DNA of 64,000 bases from an uncultured Alphaproteobacteria bacterium (GTDB lineage Bacteria; Pseudomonadota; Alphaproteobacteria; Methylaequorales; Methylaequoraceae), in NCBI GenBank assembly GCA_902550225.1, contig CACCYL010000003.1, positions 6,213 to 70,212 on the forward strand, read 5' to 3'. A program made the translations under genes and the position numbers. Shown piece by piece: positions 21,202 to 30,400 of the stretch; the first letter of the stretch is position 1; every line of letters begins with the position of its first letter. Under the pieces are notes generated by a model, which made no database searches, had not been told where the DNA came from, and saw nothing but the letters and a program-made list of their open reading frames with translations.

Positions 21202-21953
21202 AATACTTTTGCCTCATTTTTAAGTTTATTTACAAGTGCTTCCACGTCGTCAACCTTGATACCTGGTTTTCTCTCTGGGGGTTCATTTACTTCCAAAACT
21301 TGAAGTCTATCTTTAATATCGATACCAAAACTTCCAATTTCAAGCACATCAATTTTTTTTTGTTTAGCTTTCATAATATTAGGTAAAGATGCATATCTAG
21401 GTTCATTTAAACGTAAATCTGTAGTTACAACACAAGGAATATTTACTTTTACAGTTTCTAGTCCGCCATCAACCTCCCTTGTAACTTCGAGAGTGTTGTC
21501 ATCATTCTTTTTTAATTCTGAAGCAAAAGTTGCTTGGGGAAATTCTAACAATGTGGCTACGATCTGACCTGTTTGATTGCAATCATCGTCTATAGCTTGT
21601 TTACCTAATATTATGATATCTGGCTTCTCTCTGTCAGAAACGGCTTTAATTATTTTTCCTACAGTAAGAGGTTCTAGTTGTTCTTTTTCTGTTTTTACTA
21701 AAATACCTCTGTCACCACCCATTGCAAGTCCGGATCTAATCGTTTCTTGAGATTTGTCAGTTCCTATTGATAGTATAACTATTTCTTTAATTTCACTTTT
21801 CTCCTTCATTCTAACTGCTTCCTCTACTGCGATCTCATCAAAAGGATTCATTGACATCTTGACATTATCTGTTTCTACTCCTGATTTATCAGATTTTACT
21901 CTTATTCTGACATTGTAATCAATAACTCTTTTTACACAAACTAATGCTTTCAT
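21198..21953 (-). CDS. etfB: Electron transfer flavoprotein beta subunit
   Basis: MKALVCVKRVIDYNV..NPFDEIAVEEA..LGKQAIDDD, typical EtfB. ATGA overlap with etfA. Confidence 0.93.
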   Translation of the reverse strand: MKALVCVKRVIDYNVRIRVKSDKSGVETDNVKMSMNPFDEIAVEEAVRMKEKSEIKEIVILSIGTDKSQETIRSGLAMGGDRGILVKTEKEQLEPLTVGKIIKAVSDREKPDIIILGKQAIDDDCNQTGQIVATLLEFPQATFASELKKNDDNTLEVTREVDGGLETVKVNIPCVVTTDLRLNEPRYASLPNIMKAKQKKIDVLEIGSFGIDIKDRLQVLEVNEPPERKPGIKVDDVEALVNKLKNEAKVL

Positions 21954-21967
21954 AACCTTTTCCTTAA

Positions 21968-22516
21968 TTAATTTTTATTTGGAATCCAAAGTATATCACC
22001 ATCTTTTTTATTCTCAAACCTAGCAGCTACAAAAAGAAAATCGGAAAGCCTATTTATATATTTAATTATATCGGTACTTACTTTTTCTTTGTCATTTAGT
22101 TCTATAATTGATCTTTCTGCTCTTCTGACATTAGATCTTGATAAATGAAGAAATGACGAAAGTTGACTTCCTCCAGGGAGAATAAATGACTGTAATTTAT
22201 CTAATTCTTTATTCATTTGGTCGATTTTATTTTCAAGAAAATTAATTTTATCACTTGATATTGTGACATGTCTTTTTGAATTTTCAGGAAAACACAAATC
22301 TGCCCCAATATCAAAAAGATGATTTTGAATCTCAAGTAGTATTTTTTTTAAATTTTTACTGGATAAGAATACGCATATTCCTAGTGATGAGTTTGCCTCA
22401 TCAATGTCGCCGTATGCTTTTATTCTTATGTTACTCTTTTGAACCCTTGAACCATCGCCCAGACTTGTTAAACCTTTATCCCCTCCTCGAGTATAAATTT
22501 TATCAAGCTTAACCAA
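21968..22516 (-). CDS. pduO: ATP:cob(I)alamin adenosyltransferase, PduO type
   Basis: IYTRGGDKGLTSL N-terminus, LPGG and R..RRAER motifs of PduO/MMAB-type adenosyltransferases. Confidence 0.9.
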   Translation of the reverse strand: MVKLDKIYTRGGDKGLTSLGDGSRVQKSNIRIKAYGDIDEANSSLGICVFLSSKNLKKILLEIQNHLFDIGADLCFPENSKRHVTISSDKINFLENKIDQMNKELDKLQSFILPGGSQLSSFLHLSRSNVRRAERSIIELNDKEKVSTDIIKYINRLSDFLFVAARFENKKDGDILWIPNKN

Positions 22517-22524
22517 TTTGTCTC

Positions 22525-22716
22525 CTAAGATTTTAAGAAAAGGGCAACCGTTAGAATTGTAAGTGTCACAAATTGTATCGCTACTCTGTACCTCATGAAT
22601 AAATTGATCTTATTATTTTCTTCGTTAGATCTAGCTGTATGAAAGAGTCCAATCAAAAGTACAAGGAATGTGGTGATTAGACATATTACAATTATAAAGT
22701 TTAGGAAGGATTCCAT
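22525..22716 (-). CDS. Twin-transmembrane-helix small protein (HIG1 domain)
   Basis: 63 aa with two hydrophobic helices separated by a short polar loop. TAATG overlap with the upstream ACAD stop. Confidence 0.65.
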   Translation of the reverse strand: MESFLNFIIVICLITTFLVLLIGLFHTARSNEENNKINLFMRYRVAIQFVTLTILTVALFLKS

Positions 22717-24401
22717 TATCTGGCTAAAAGACCTTTTACAACAATTTGAGCCTGGATTTCTGCAGCCCCTTCAAAAATGTTGAGAATTCTTGAATCACAT
22801 AAAACTCTGCTAATAGGATACTCAAGAGCGTAACCGTTTCCACCATGAATTTGAAGAGCACTGTCAGCGTTGCTCCAAGCGACTCTCGCAGCAAGGAGTT
22901 TTGCCATACCTGCCTCAATATCACATCTGACATCATTATCTTTTTCTCTGGCGGAAAATAAAGTTATTTGTCGAGCAACGGTTGTCTCCATAGCCATCCA
23001 AGCTAACTTATTGAATATTCTGGGAAATTTAAGTATTTGTTTGCCGAATTGACTTCTATCTTTCGCATATTGCAAACCCAATTCAAGAGCGTTTTGTGCA
23101 ACGCCTACAGCTCTTGCGGCTGTTTGAATTCTAGCAGATTCAAAAGTTTCCATGAGTTGTTTAAATCCATTACCTTCTTGTTCACCTAAAAGATTTTTCT
23201 TGCTTACTTTTATGTCTTCAAGAGCTATCTCATATTCCTTCATTCCTCTATATCCTAAGACTTCAATTTCACTTCCTGACATTCCTTCCATAGGGAAAGG
23301 TTTTTCACAATTGCCTCTCGGTTTTTCCACCAAGAACATGCTTAGACCTTTATAGCCTTTCTGATTCATATCTGTTCTTGCAAGGACTGTCATCAAATCT
23401 GACCTTGCACCATGAGTTATCCAAGTTTTGTTTCCATTTATAATGTAATCGTCTCCTTGGGGCTGAGCTCTGGTTGAAAGACTGCCTAAATCTGATCCTG
23501 TGTTTGGTTCAGTAAAAACTGCGGTTGTCAAAATGTTGCCTGAAGCGATCTCGGGCAGATATTTTTTTTTCTGTTCTTCTGTACCGCCAAGTCTAATTAA
23601 TTCACCTGCAATTTCTGCTCGAGTACCTAAGGATCCAGCAGCCAAAAAACCTCTAGAGAGTTCTTCAGTTACAACACACATTGCGACTTTTCCCATTCCT
23701 AAACCACCATAATTTTCAGGAATTGCAATGCTAAACACTCCTAACTCGGCCATTTTTTTGAGAACATCATCTGGAATCAAAGCATCCTTTAAGTGCCATT
23801 CATTGGCATGAGGTAAGATTTCTTCCTCTGTAAATTTTTTGAACTGATCTTGAATCATATCAAGAGTCTCATCGTTGAGCCCCAGACTAGGGTGGATATC
23901 TTTATCAAGTGAATCAACAATTACCGTTTTAATTTTATCGGAAAGACCTATGTCTATTAAATCTTTGGCAGATTCGTCGTTCATGAATTCAAAATCGTTC
24001 TCATCTAGATGAAGGTCAGACGGCCTAACTATTTCTGATTGACTCATCATAATACCATTTCTCATTTGAGTTAGATATTCAGCAAAGGCGAACAGTGTTA
24101 TAGCAGCGTCAATCTCAGAGGATTTATTTTCGTCATTAAGACGAATAAACCAATTAAGTGTTTCTCTTAGTCCTATTCTATATGTGTCAAACCATGCAAA
24201 ACCATGTGTTTTAGATTGATTTAATTCTAATAACTGGTTATCGATTCTATTGTCTTTGGTTAAAGCTGACTTGAATGCTTCCCTTGATTTACTGGAAATT
24301 GTTTCAAGTTTATTCAGAATATTCTTTAATATATCAGTGTTAGACAGAAGATATTTTTTAAAACTAATTATTTCTGAATTTATGTTAACGGAACTATCCA
24401 T
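22716..24401 (-). CDS. mcd: Acyl-CoA dehydrogenase with about 170-aa N-terminal extension; probable (2S)-methylsuccinyl-CoA dehydrogenase
   Basis: 561 aa. The C-terminal roughly 380 aa are a canonical ACAD (FTEPNTGSDLGS, WITHG, QIHGGNGY). Size, extension, and position between ccr and etfBA fit Mcd of the ethylmalonyl-CoA pathway. Confidence 0.72.
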   Translation of the reverse strand: MDSSVNINSEIISFKKYLLSNTDILKNILNKLETISSKSREAFKSALTKDNRIDNQLLELNQSKTHGFAWFDTYRIGLRETLNWFIRLNDENKSSEIDAAITLFAFAEYLTQMRNGIMMSQSEIVRPSDLHLDENDFEFMNDESAKDLIDIGLSDKIKTVIVDSLDKDIHPSLGLNDETLDMIQDQFKKFTEEEILPHANEWHLKDALIPDDVLKKMAELGVFSIAIPENYGGLGMGKVAMCVVTEELSRGFLAAGSLGTRAEIAGELIRLGGTEEQKKKYLPEIASGNILTTAVFTEPNTGSDLGSLSTRAQPQGDDYIINGNKTWITHGARSDLMTVLARTDMNQKGYKGLSMFLVEKPRGNCEKPFPMEGMSGSEIEVLGYRGMKEYEIALEDIKVSKKNLLGEQEGNGFKQLMETFESARIQTAARAVGVAQNALELGLQYAKDRSQFGKQILKFPRIFNKLAWMAMETTVARQITLFSAREKDNDVRCDIEAGMAKLLAARVAWSNADSALQIHGGNGYALEYPISRVLCDSRILNIFEGAAEIQAQIVVKGLLAR

Positions 24402-24443
24402 AATCTATATATTTAATAATTATTTTTTCTTATTCAAGTTTAA

Positions 24444-25673
24444 TTATAATTCATTAAAGCTTTTCATTCCAGTCTTTTTTGCTTGAACTAAAGCTGCCAT
24501 ATTACCAGGAAGATGTTTATTGTTCATCATCTTCGTATGAGCCAACGGTATTTCGCTCCATTTAAAACACTCAGACATTAAGGGTTTTATTAACTTGTTA
24601 ATCATCATGTCATTTGCTTGTTTAGCTTGAAACAAGTTTGCAAAATGACTTCCTTGAATTCTTTTTTGTCTCATCCACACATAACGTGCATCCATTGTTA
24701 AGTTATACCCTGATGTTCCAGCACAAATCACAACCATTCCTCCAGTCTTTACCAAATAACAAGAAACCGGAAAAGTTGATTCTCCTGGATGTTCAAAAAC
24801 TATATCTACATCTTTTTTTCCAGTGATTTCCCAAATGTCTTTTCCTAAAACTCTACAATTTTTTATAAATTTAGAATATTCAGATTGATCTTTGACATCT
24901 GGAAGTTGTCCAAAACAATTATAATTTTTTCTGTTCAGCACTCCAGCTGCACCAAGGTCTTTAACAAATGGAATTTTTTCATCATCTGAAATGATACCTA
25001 TTGCATTTGCACCAACTGCCTTACATATCTGTACTGCCATGCTTCCAATCCCCCCAGAGGCTCCCCAAACTAAAACATTCATCCCGGGCTTTAACGCGTG
25101 AGGTGGGTGTCCAAAAAGCATTCTGAAAGAGGTTGCTAATGTTAAGGTGTAACAACCGCTTTCTTCCCATGACAGATGCTCAGGTTTGTTTAGTAGTTGT
25201 CTTGACTGAACTGTCGTAAATTGTGCAAAAGAACCGTCATTAGTTTCGTACCCCCATATCCTCTGAGACTTTGAATACATTGGTTCTCCTCCATTACATT
25301 CTTCGTCGTCCCCATCATCTCTATTACAATGAATAATGACCTCATCACCAACTTTCCATCTTTTCACATTATCACCAATTGCCCAAACAATGCCAGATGC
25401 ATCTGATCCTCCAATATGATATCCAGTATCTTTTCCGATTACTGATATTGGGATACCTTGAGATGCCCAAACATTGTTATAATTTATTCCAACTGCCATA
25501 ACCATTACGAGAACTTCGTCTTTGCCAGGTTTTTGAACTGGCATCTTCTCAATTTGCATGGCGACCTCTGGAAAACCTAATCGATCCTCTCTTATGACCC
25601 ATGCATACATTTCTTCAGGCACTTCTCCCAAACTTGGTATTTCACCAATCTCATAAATTTTCTTTGCAGTCAT
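24444..25673 (-). CDS. ccr: Crotonyl-CoA carboxylase/reductase
   Basis: N-terminus YEIGEIPSLGEVPEEMYAWVIREDRLG.P..AMQIE and VMAVGINYNNVWA, as I remember Ccr sequences. MDR fold with WGASGGIGS NADPH site. Confidence 0.85.
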   Translation of the reverse strand: MTAKKIYEIGEIPSLGEVPEEMYAWVIREDRLGFPEVAMQIEKMPVQKPGKDEVLVMVMAVGINYNNVWASQGIPISVIGKDTGYHIGGSDASGIVWAIGDNVKRWKVGDEVIIHCNRDDGDDEECNGGEPMYSKSQRIWGYETNDGSFAQFTTVQSRQLLNKPEHLSWEESGCYTLTLATSFRMLFGHPPHALKPGMNVLVWGASGGIGSMAVQICKAVGANAIGIISDDEKIPFVKDLGAAGVLNRKNYNCFGQLPDVKDQSEYSKFIKNCRVLGKDIWEITGKKDVDIVFEHPGESTFPVSCYLVKTGGMVVICAGTSGYNLTMDARYVWMRQKRIQGSHFANLFQAKQANDMMINKLIKPLMSECFKWSEIPLAHTKMMNNKHLPGNMAALVQAKKTGMKSFNEL

Positions 25674-25773
25674 AACGGTTCCTATGATATTCTTAGATGA
25701 TTTATACCACTAAAAATTAAAAAATAAATGAAATTTCTTGTTAGCTATTAAAAATAATATTATTTAAGGAAAA

Positions 25774-27753
25774 ATGAATAAAGTTAAAGATAAGCCCTGG
25801 ATGATAAGAACTTATGCTGGTCACTCATCAGCTGAAGCCTCTAACAGACTTTACAGAACAAATCTAAAAAAAGGGCAAACAGGTTTATCCGTTGCTTTCG
25901 ACCTACCCACACAAACTGGATATGATTCAGATCATATTCTTTCAAAAGGTGAGGTTGGTAAAGTAGGAGTACCAATCAGCCATATTGGAAATATGCAAAC
26001 TCTCTTTAACAAAATTCCCTTGGAAAAAATGAACACGTCAATGACTATTAATGCTCCAGCTCCTTGGTTGCTAGCTTTATATATTGCAACAGCTGAGAAA
26101 CAAGGAGTTGATAAAAGTCTTCTTGCTGGTACCACACAAAATGATATTACAAAAGAATATCTATCAAGAGGTACTTACATTTTTCCTCCTGAACCTAGTT
26201 TAAAATTAACCACTGATGTTATTAAATACACTACTTGTGAAATACCCAAATGGAACCCCATAAATATTTGTTCGTATCACCTTCAGGAAGCAGGAGCAAC
26301 ACCTGAGCAGGAACTATCTTTTGCTTTGGCTACTGCAATCGGAGTTCTAGAATATTTACATAATTCTGAAAAAATTAAGAAATCTCTTTTTGAAAAGATT
26401 GTTGGAAGAATAAGTTTTTTTGTTAACTCAGGAATGCGATTCGTTACTGAAACCGCTAAAATGGCGTCGTTCACTGAACTTTGGGATGAAATATGTTCCA
26501 AAAGGTTTAAGATTTCAGATCCAAAATACAGAAGGTTTAGGTATGGTATGCAAGTTAACTCGCTTGGCTTAACTGAATTACAACCAGAAAATAATGTTTA
26601 TAGAATTTTAATTCAAATGCTTCCGGTTGTTATTGCTAAAAATTCTAGAGCAAGAGCAGTTCAATTGCCAGCATGGAATGAAGCTCTTGGTCTTCCTAGA
26701 CCATGGGACCAACAATGGAGTCTTCGACTGCAGCAAATAATGGCGTATGAAACAGACATATTAGAATTTTCAGATATATTTGAGGGTTCAAAAGTATTGA
26801 AAGAAAAAATTAATCTTTTGAAAAAATCTGCTTACGATCAGTTGTCAAAAATAGATAAAATTGGAGGATTGATTCCAGCAATTGAAAATGGTTATCTGAA
26901 AAGTCAACTTGTTGAATCGCAAACGAATAGACAGAGGAATATAGAGCAGGGCGAACAAAAAGTTGTCGGTGTGAACTGTTTTTCAGAGGGAGAAAATTCA
27001 CCTTTAGTTGATGAAAAAGATGGCGGATTTATGAAAGTTAATGATGAAGCTGAGAAGACTCAAATTAATAATGTTAAAAATTGGAAAGAAAAAAGAAATA
27101 ATAAAAAAATAGTCTTGTGTCTTAAAAAATTGAAGGAAATTGCAACTCAGGGTGGAAATATTATGGAAGTTTCCATCGATTGTGCTCATCAAGGTGTAAC
27201 AACTGGAGAATGGTCAAATGTTATGAGAGAAGTCTTTGGAGAATACAGAGCTCCAACAGGAATAGTTTCGTCTCACATCTCAAAAACCAAATCGGACAAC
27301 TCAGATATACATAAAATCCAAAAAGAAATTAACAGAATAACTTCCAAACTTAAAAGACGCCCTAAAATGCTGGTCGGCAAACCTGGTTTAGATGGGCACT
27401 CTAATGGTGCTGAACAAATAGCCGTAAGAGCAAGAGATATCGGCTTGGAAGTAGTTTATGATGGAATAAGATCAACACCCGAACAACTCGTAGTTGCTGC
27501 AATAGAAGAAGGTGTCCACATAATTGGTTTATCAATACTCTCAGGATCACACGTTCATCTAGTAAGAATTATAATGAATCTTTTAAAAAAGAATAACTTT
27601 TCAAGAATACCTGTAATTGTTGGAGGAATCATTCCTCCCGCAGATGAGAGAAAATTAAAGTCTTTTGGAGTTAAAGAAGTTTTTACGCCAAAGGATTTTA
27701 AAATTGAAGAAATAATGCAACAAATAACTCAAATCATTAAAGAAGCGTATTGA
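25774..27753 (+). CDS. ecm: Ethylmalonyl-CoA mutase (adenosylcobalamin-dependent, fused barrel plus B12 domain)
   Basis: PWMIRTYAGHSSAEASN..GQTGLSVAFDLPTQTGYDSDH..GEVGKVGV (the RTYAGHS variant typical of Ecm/MeaA rather than the RQYAGFS of Mcm). C-terminal GLDGHSNGAEQI B12-binding DxHxxG motif. Confidence 0.85.
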   Translation: MNKVKDKPWMIRTYAGHSSAEASNRLYRTNLKKGQTGLSVAFDLPTQTGYDSDHILSKGEVGKVGVPISHIGNMQTLFNKIPLEKMNTSMTINAPAPWLLALYIATAEKQGVDKSLLAGTTQNDITKEYLSRGTYIFPPEPSLKLTTDVIKYTTCEIPKWNPINICSYHLQEAGATPEQELSFALATAIGVLEYLHNSEKIKKSLFEKIVGRISFFVNSGMRFVTETAKMASFTELWDEICSKRFKISDPKYRRFRYGMQVNSLGLTELQPENNVYRILIQMLPVVIAKNSRARAVQLPAWNEALGLPRPWDQQWSLRLQQIMAYETDILEFSDIFEGSKVLKEKINLLKKSAYDQLSKIDKIGGLIPAIENGYLKSQLVESQTNRQRNIEQGEQKVVGVNCFSEGENSPLVDEKDGGFMKVNDEAEKTQINNVKNWKEKRNNKKIVLCLKKLKEIATQGGNIMEVSIDCAHQGVTTGEWSNVMREVFGEYRAPTGIVSSHISKTKSDNSDIHKIQKEINRITSKLKRRPKMLVGKPGLDGHSNGAEQIAVRARDIGLEVVYDGIRSTPEQLVVAAIEEGVHIIGLSILSGSHVHLVRIIMNLLKKNNFSRIPVIVGGIIPPADERKLKSFGVKEVFTPKDFKIEEIMQQITQIIKEAY

Positions 27754-27916
27754 TGAGTAAAAAAAAACTTTAGATTTAGCAATTCATATACTTAGACAGA
27801 TCAACGATTATGATCTTTCAGAGCATCTTCCAATAAAGTTTAATGACAAAAATATTGGATGGGCGCACATCTCAACTATCAGTAGTATTCCAAATATTAA
27901 AATTCCATGTAAATAC

Positions 27917-28606
27917 GTGGACATTAGTAAAATTATTGAATTTACAAATAAGTACACTTCAAATAGAAGGGAATTTGAATATTGCCCCATTTTTGATTTT
28001 GAATCGTTGAAACCGAAGCTAAAGTTCGATCACAAACAAAAATTTTGCAATGGAAGAAAATTCATCATAGAAAGAAAATTTCTCTCAAAATTTGGATTCC
28101 CTGCATATGGAGTACACTGCAATGTTTGGAGCAAATTCAAAAACTCAACAATTATTCATCTCGCCAAAAGATCATGCAAGCTAAGAAAGTTCCCTGGTCT
28201 TTTTGATAATTTAATTGCTGGTGGTCAACCAATAGATTTATCTATAAAAGACAATTTATATAAAGAAGCGTTTGAAGAAGCTGGGTTAAGTGAAGAACAA
28301 TCTTCCCATGCAAAAAGAAGTAATACTGTCCATTATCAACACAATGAAAACACAAATTTCAATTCAGCAATTATATTTAACTATCATTTAGAAAAATCCG
28401 ATGACATGAAATTTTCCAATCAAGACGGCGAGGTAGAAAGTTTTTTATCGATTGAAATCGAAAAACTTCACAAGATTTTAGAAAAAAATTTTTTAAAACC
28501 AAATTGTGTAATTCCTTTAATAGATTTTTTTATATTAAAAGAAGGTGATTTTGTTCCAAAAAGCGTTATCGTTGAAATTAAAAGATTATTTAATACAAAT
28601 GAATGA
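27917..28606 (+). CDS. Nudix hydrolase (NUDT20/24 / YJR142W-like); 5' end unresolved
   Basis: Nudix box GGQPIDLSIKDNLYKEAFEEAGL. The reading frame is open from 27761, and the upstream residues look like the N-terminal domain of this family. There is no canonical start upstream of the GTG at 27917 unless an A9 tract is read with a -1 shift from the ATG at 27753. See finding. Confidence 0.7.
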   Translation: MDISKIIEFTNKYTSNRREFEYCPIFDFESLKPKLKFDHKQKFCNGRKFIIERKFLSKFGFPAYGVHCNVWSKFKNSTIIHLAKRSCKLRKFPGLFDNLIAGGQPIDLSIKDNLYKEAFEEAGLSEEQSSHAKRSNTVHYQHNENTNFNSAIIFNYHLEKSDDMKFSNQDGEVESFLSIEIEKLHKILEKNFLKPNCVIPLIDFFILKEGDFVPKSVIVEIKRLFNTNE

Positions 28607-29252
28607 AAACTTTAATGGACAAATTTTGCTACCAGAAGAAAATAAAGTCAAAAATGCAATTGTATTTCTGCACGGTTATGGCGCAAATTCAGAAGATCTG
28701 ATTAATATTGGTTTAGAATGGAAACAAGATCTACCGTCCACAGTTTTTATTTCTCCAAATGCTCCATTTAAATGTGAATGGGGAGAAAACGCATACCAAT
28801 GGTTTGACCTCACCTCTATTTCCCCTGAAAAAATTGGTGAAGGTTTAAAAAAAGCAGGTCCGCATCTAATAAATTTGATAGAGGATGTTAAAAAAGAATT
28901 TTCTTTGGTTGAATCTCAAATTGCTTTTTTCGGATTTTCTCAAGGAGCAATGATGGGCTTATATCATCTGTGTAAAAGGAAGCAAAGTTGTGCGGGATTG
29001 TTGGCTTACTCAGGGCTTCTATTCGAAGATAAAGATTTTGAAAACGAAGTTTCATCTAAATTCCCAATAAGAATTTTTCACGGTAAAGATGATGAAGTAA
29101 TACATTATGAAAATTCATTAAACTCTTATAACAAGCTAAAGAAAATGGGTTTTTCTGTTGATCATCATATTCAAGATAACCTTGGCCATGGCATTGACAA
29201 ATTTGGCTTAAAATTCGGAAATGATTTCTTGAAAAAAATTTTTAAAGTTTAA
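28599..29252 (+). CDS. Phospholipase/carboxylesterase family alpha/beta hydrolase
   Basis: VFLHGYGAN, GFSQGAMM nucleophile elbow, HG.DD..I and GHGI motifs. Start set at MNENFNG (28599), overlapping the Nudix stop. Confidence 0.8.
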   Translation: MNENFNGQILLPEENKVKNAIVFLHGYGANSEDLINIGLEWKQDLPSTVFISPNAPFKCEWGENAYQWFDLTSISPEKIGEGLKKAGPHLINLIEDVKKEFSLVESQIAFFGFSQGAMMGLYHLCKRKQSCAGLLAYSGLLFEDKDFENEVSSKFPIRIFHGKDDEVIHYENSLNSYNKLKKMGFSVDHHIQDNLGHGIDKFGLKFGNDFLKKIFKV

Positions 29253-29292
29253 AATTCGTTGTTTTATCCCAATATAACATTAAAGTAAAGTT

Positions 29293-29853
29293 ATGAATCT
29301 AGTACCTAATAAATGTCCTGCGCTTGTGCTTAATGCTGATTATCAGCCCTTGAGTTATTTTCCTCTATCTACTTGGTCGTGGAAAAACGCCCTCAAGGCA
29401 GTCTTCTTAGACAGGGTGAATGTGGTTTCAGAATACAATCAAGTCGTTAGGTCGCCCTCTACAACATTGAAACTTCCGAGTGTTGTTTCTCTTAAAGACT
29501 ATATTCCATTACCAGAAAAAGCAGCATTTACGAGATTCAACGTTTTTTTGAGAGATAAATTTTTATGTCAATATTGCTCGAAAAGTTTTAAAGTTGAAGA
29601 ACTTACCTTTGATCATGTTATACCAAAATCTAAAGGAGGAAAAACTACTTGGGACAATGTTGTTACATCTTGTAGGGTTTGTAATACTCTTAAGGGAAAC
29701 AAATCTTTAAAAAAAATTGGAGTTAAACTTAGATCTAATCCATACACTCCAAATAACTTTGAATTAAAAGAAATCGGAAGATTGTTCCCTCCTAATTTTC
29801 TTCATCAAAGTTGGAATGATTTTCTATATTGGGATTCCGAGCTTGAGCCTTAA
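29293..29853 (+). CDS. HNH endonuclease family protein
   Basis: CQYC...FDHVIPKSKGGKTTWDNVVTSCRVCNTLKGN HNH/zinc motif. Confidence 0.8.
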   Translation: MNLVPNKCPALVLNADYQPLSYFPLSTWSWKNALKAVFLDRVNVVSEYNQVVRSPSTTLKLPSVVSLKDYIPLPEKAAFTRFNVFLRDKFLCQYCSKSFKVEELTFDHVIPKSKGGKTTWDNVVTSCRVCNTLKGNKSLKKIGVKLRSNPYTPNNFELKEIGRLFPPNFLHQSWNDFLYWDSELEP

Positions 29854-30374
29854 ATTTTTTTTGAAAGCCTAATCGCTAACCTAGTCAAATTTTTTGTTAA
29901 ACTTTTAAAGAGATTTACACTCTGATCGTTTAGGTTAGATTGTTCAGCAAATGATCTGTGTTCATCTTCGTCAGCACAAAATTTTTTTATTTTTTTTAGC
30001 ATCTCCTTCTCCACACCAAGACTTTCCAAATATTTTATTTGTGTATTGTAATGATCAACGATCACTTCTTCTACTGCTTCTGTACAAGCGTGAACATATT
30101 TTTCTCCCAGAACTGATGTTACTGCCCCTAAAAAATATCCTCCGTGATGCCAAATTGGACTAAGAGCCGTTGGTCTAGTTCTTTTCTTTAACATTGTCTT
30201 ATCAAAATAATCAAAGTGCTCAAATTCTTCAGCAATCATTATTTCGAGCTTTTTCTTCAACTCTTTTTTTTTGCAAAATTTTATTTGCCCAGAATAAATT
30301 CGTTGAGCTCCATACTCTCCTGCATGGTTAACTCTAATAATCTCATCAATTTTTTTTTGAAGTTTAGTTTTCAT
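29850..30374 (-). CDS. coq7: Demethoxyubiquinone hydroxylase (Coq7 family di-iron)
   Basis: RVNHAGEYGAQRIY ... EEFEH ... EDEH di-iron carboxylate motifs. Confidence 0.9.
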   Translation of the reverse strand: MKTKLQKKIDEIIRVNHAGEYGAQRIYSGQIKFCKKKELKKKLEIMIAEEFEHFDYFDKTMLKKRTRPTALSPIWHHGGYFLGAVTSVLGEKYVHACTEAVEEVIVDHYNTQIKYLESLGVEKEMLKKIKKFCADEDEHRSFAEQSNLNDQSVNLFKSLTKNLTRLAIRLSKKI

Positions 30375-30400
30375 TTTTAAAATTTGTCAGTTCAGATTCT

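Noticed and set aside
27808-27990. 60-aa minus-strand ORF overlapping the Nudix 5' region
   Set aside because: The plus-strand frame across the same bases encodes family-like residues continuous with the Nudix domain. The minus-strand ORF is hydrophobic low-complexity sequence with no context.
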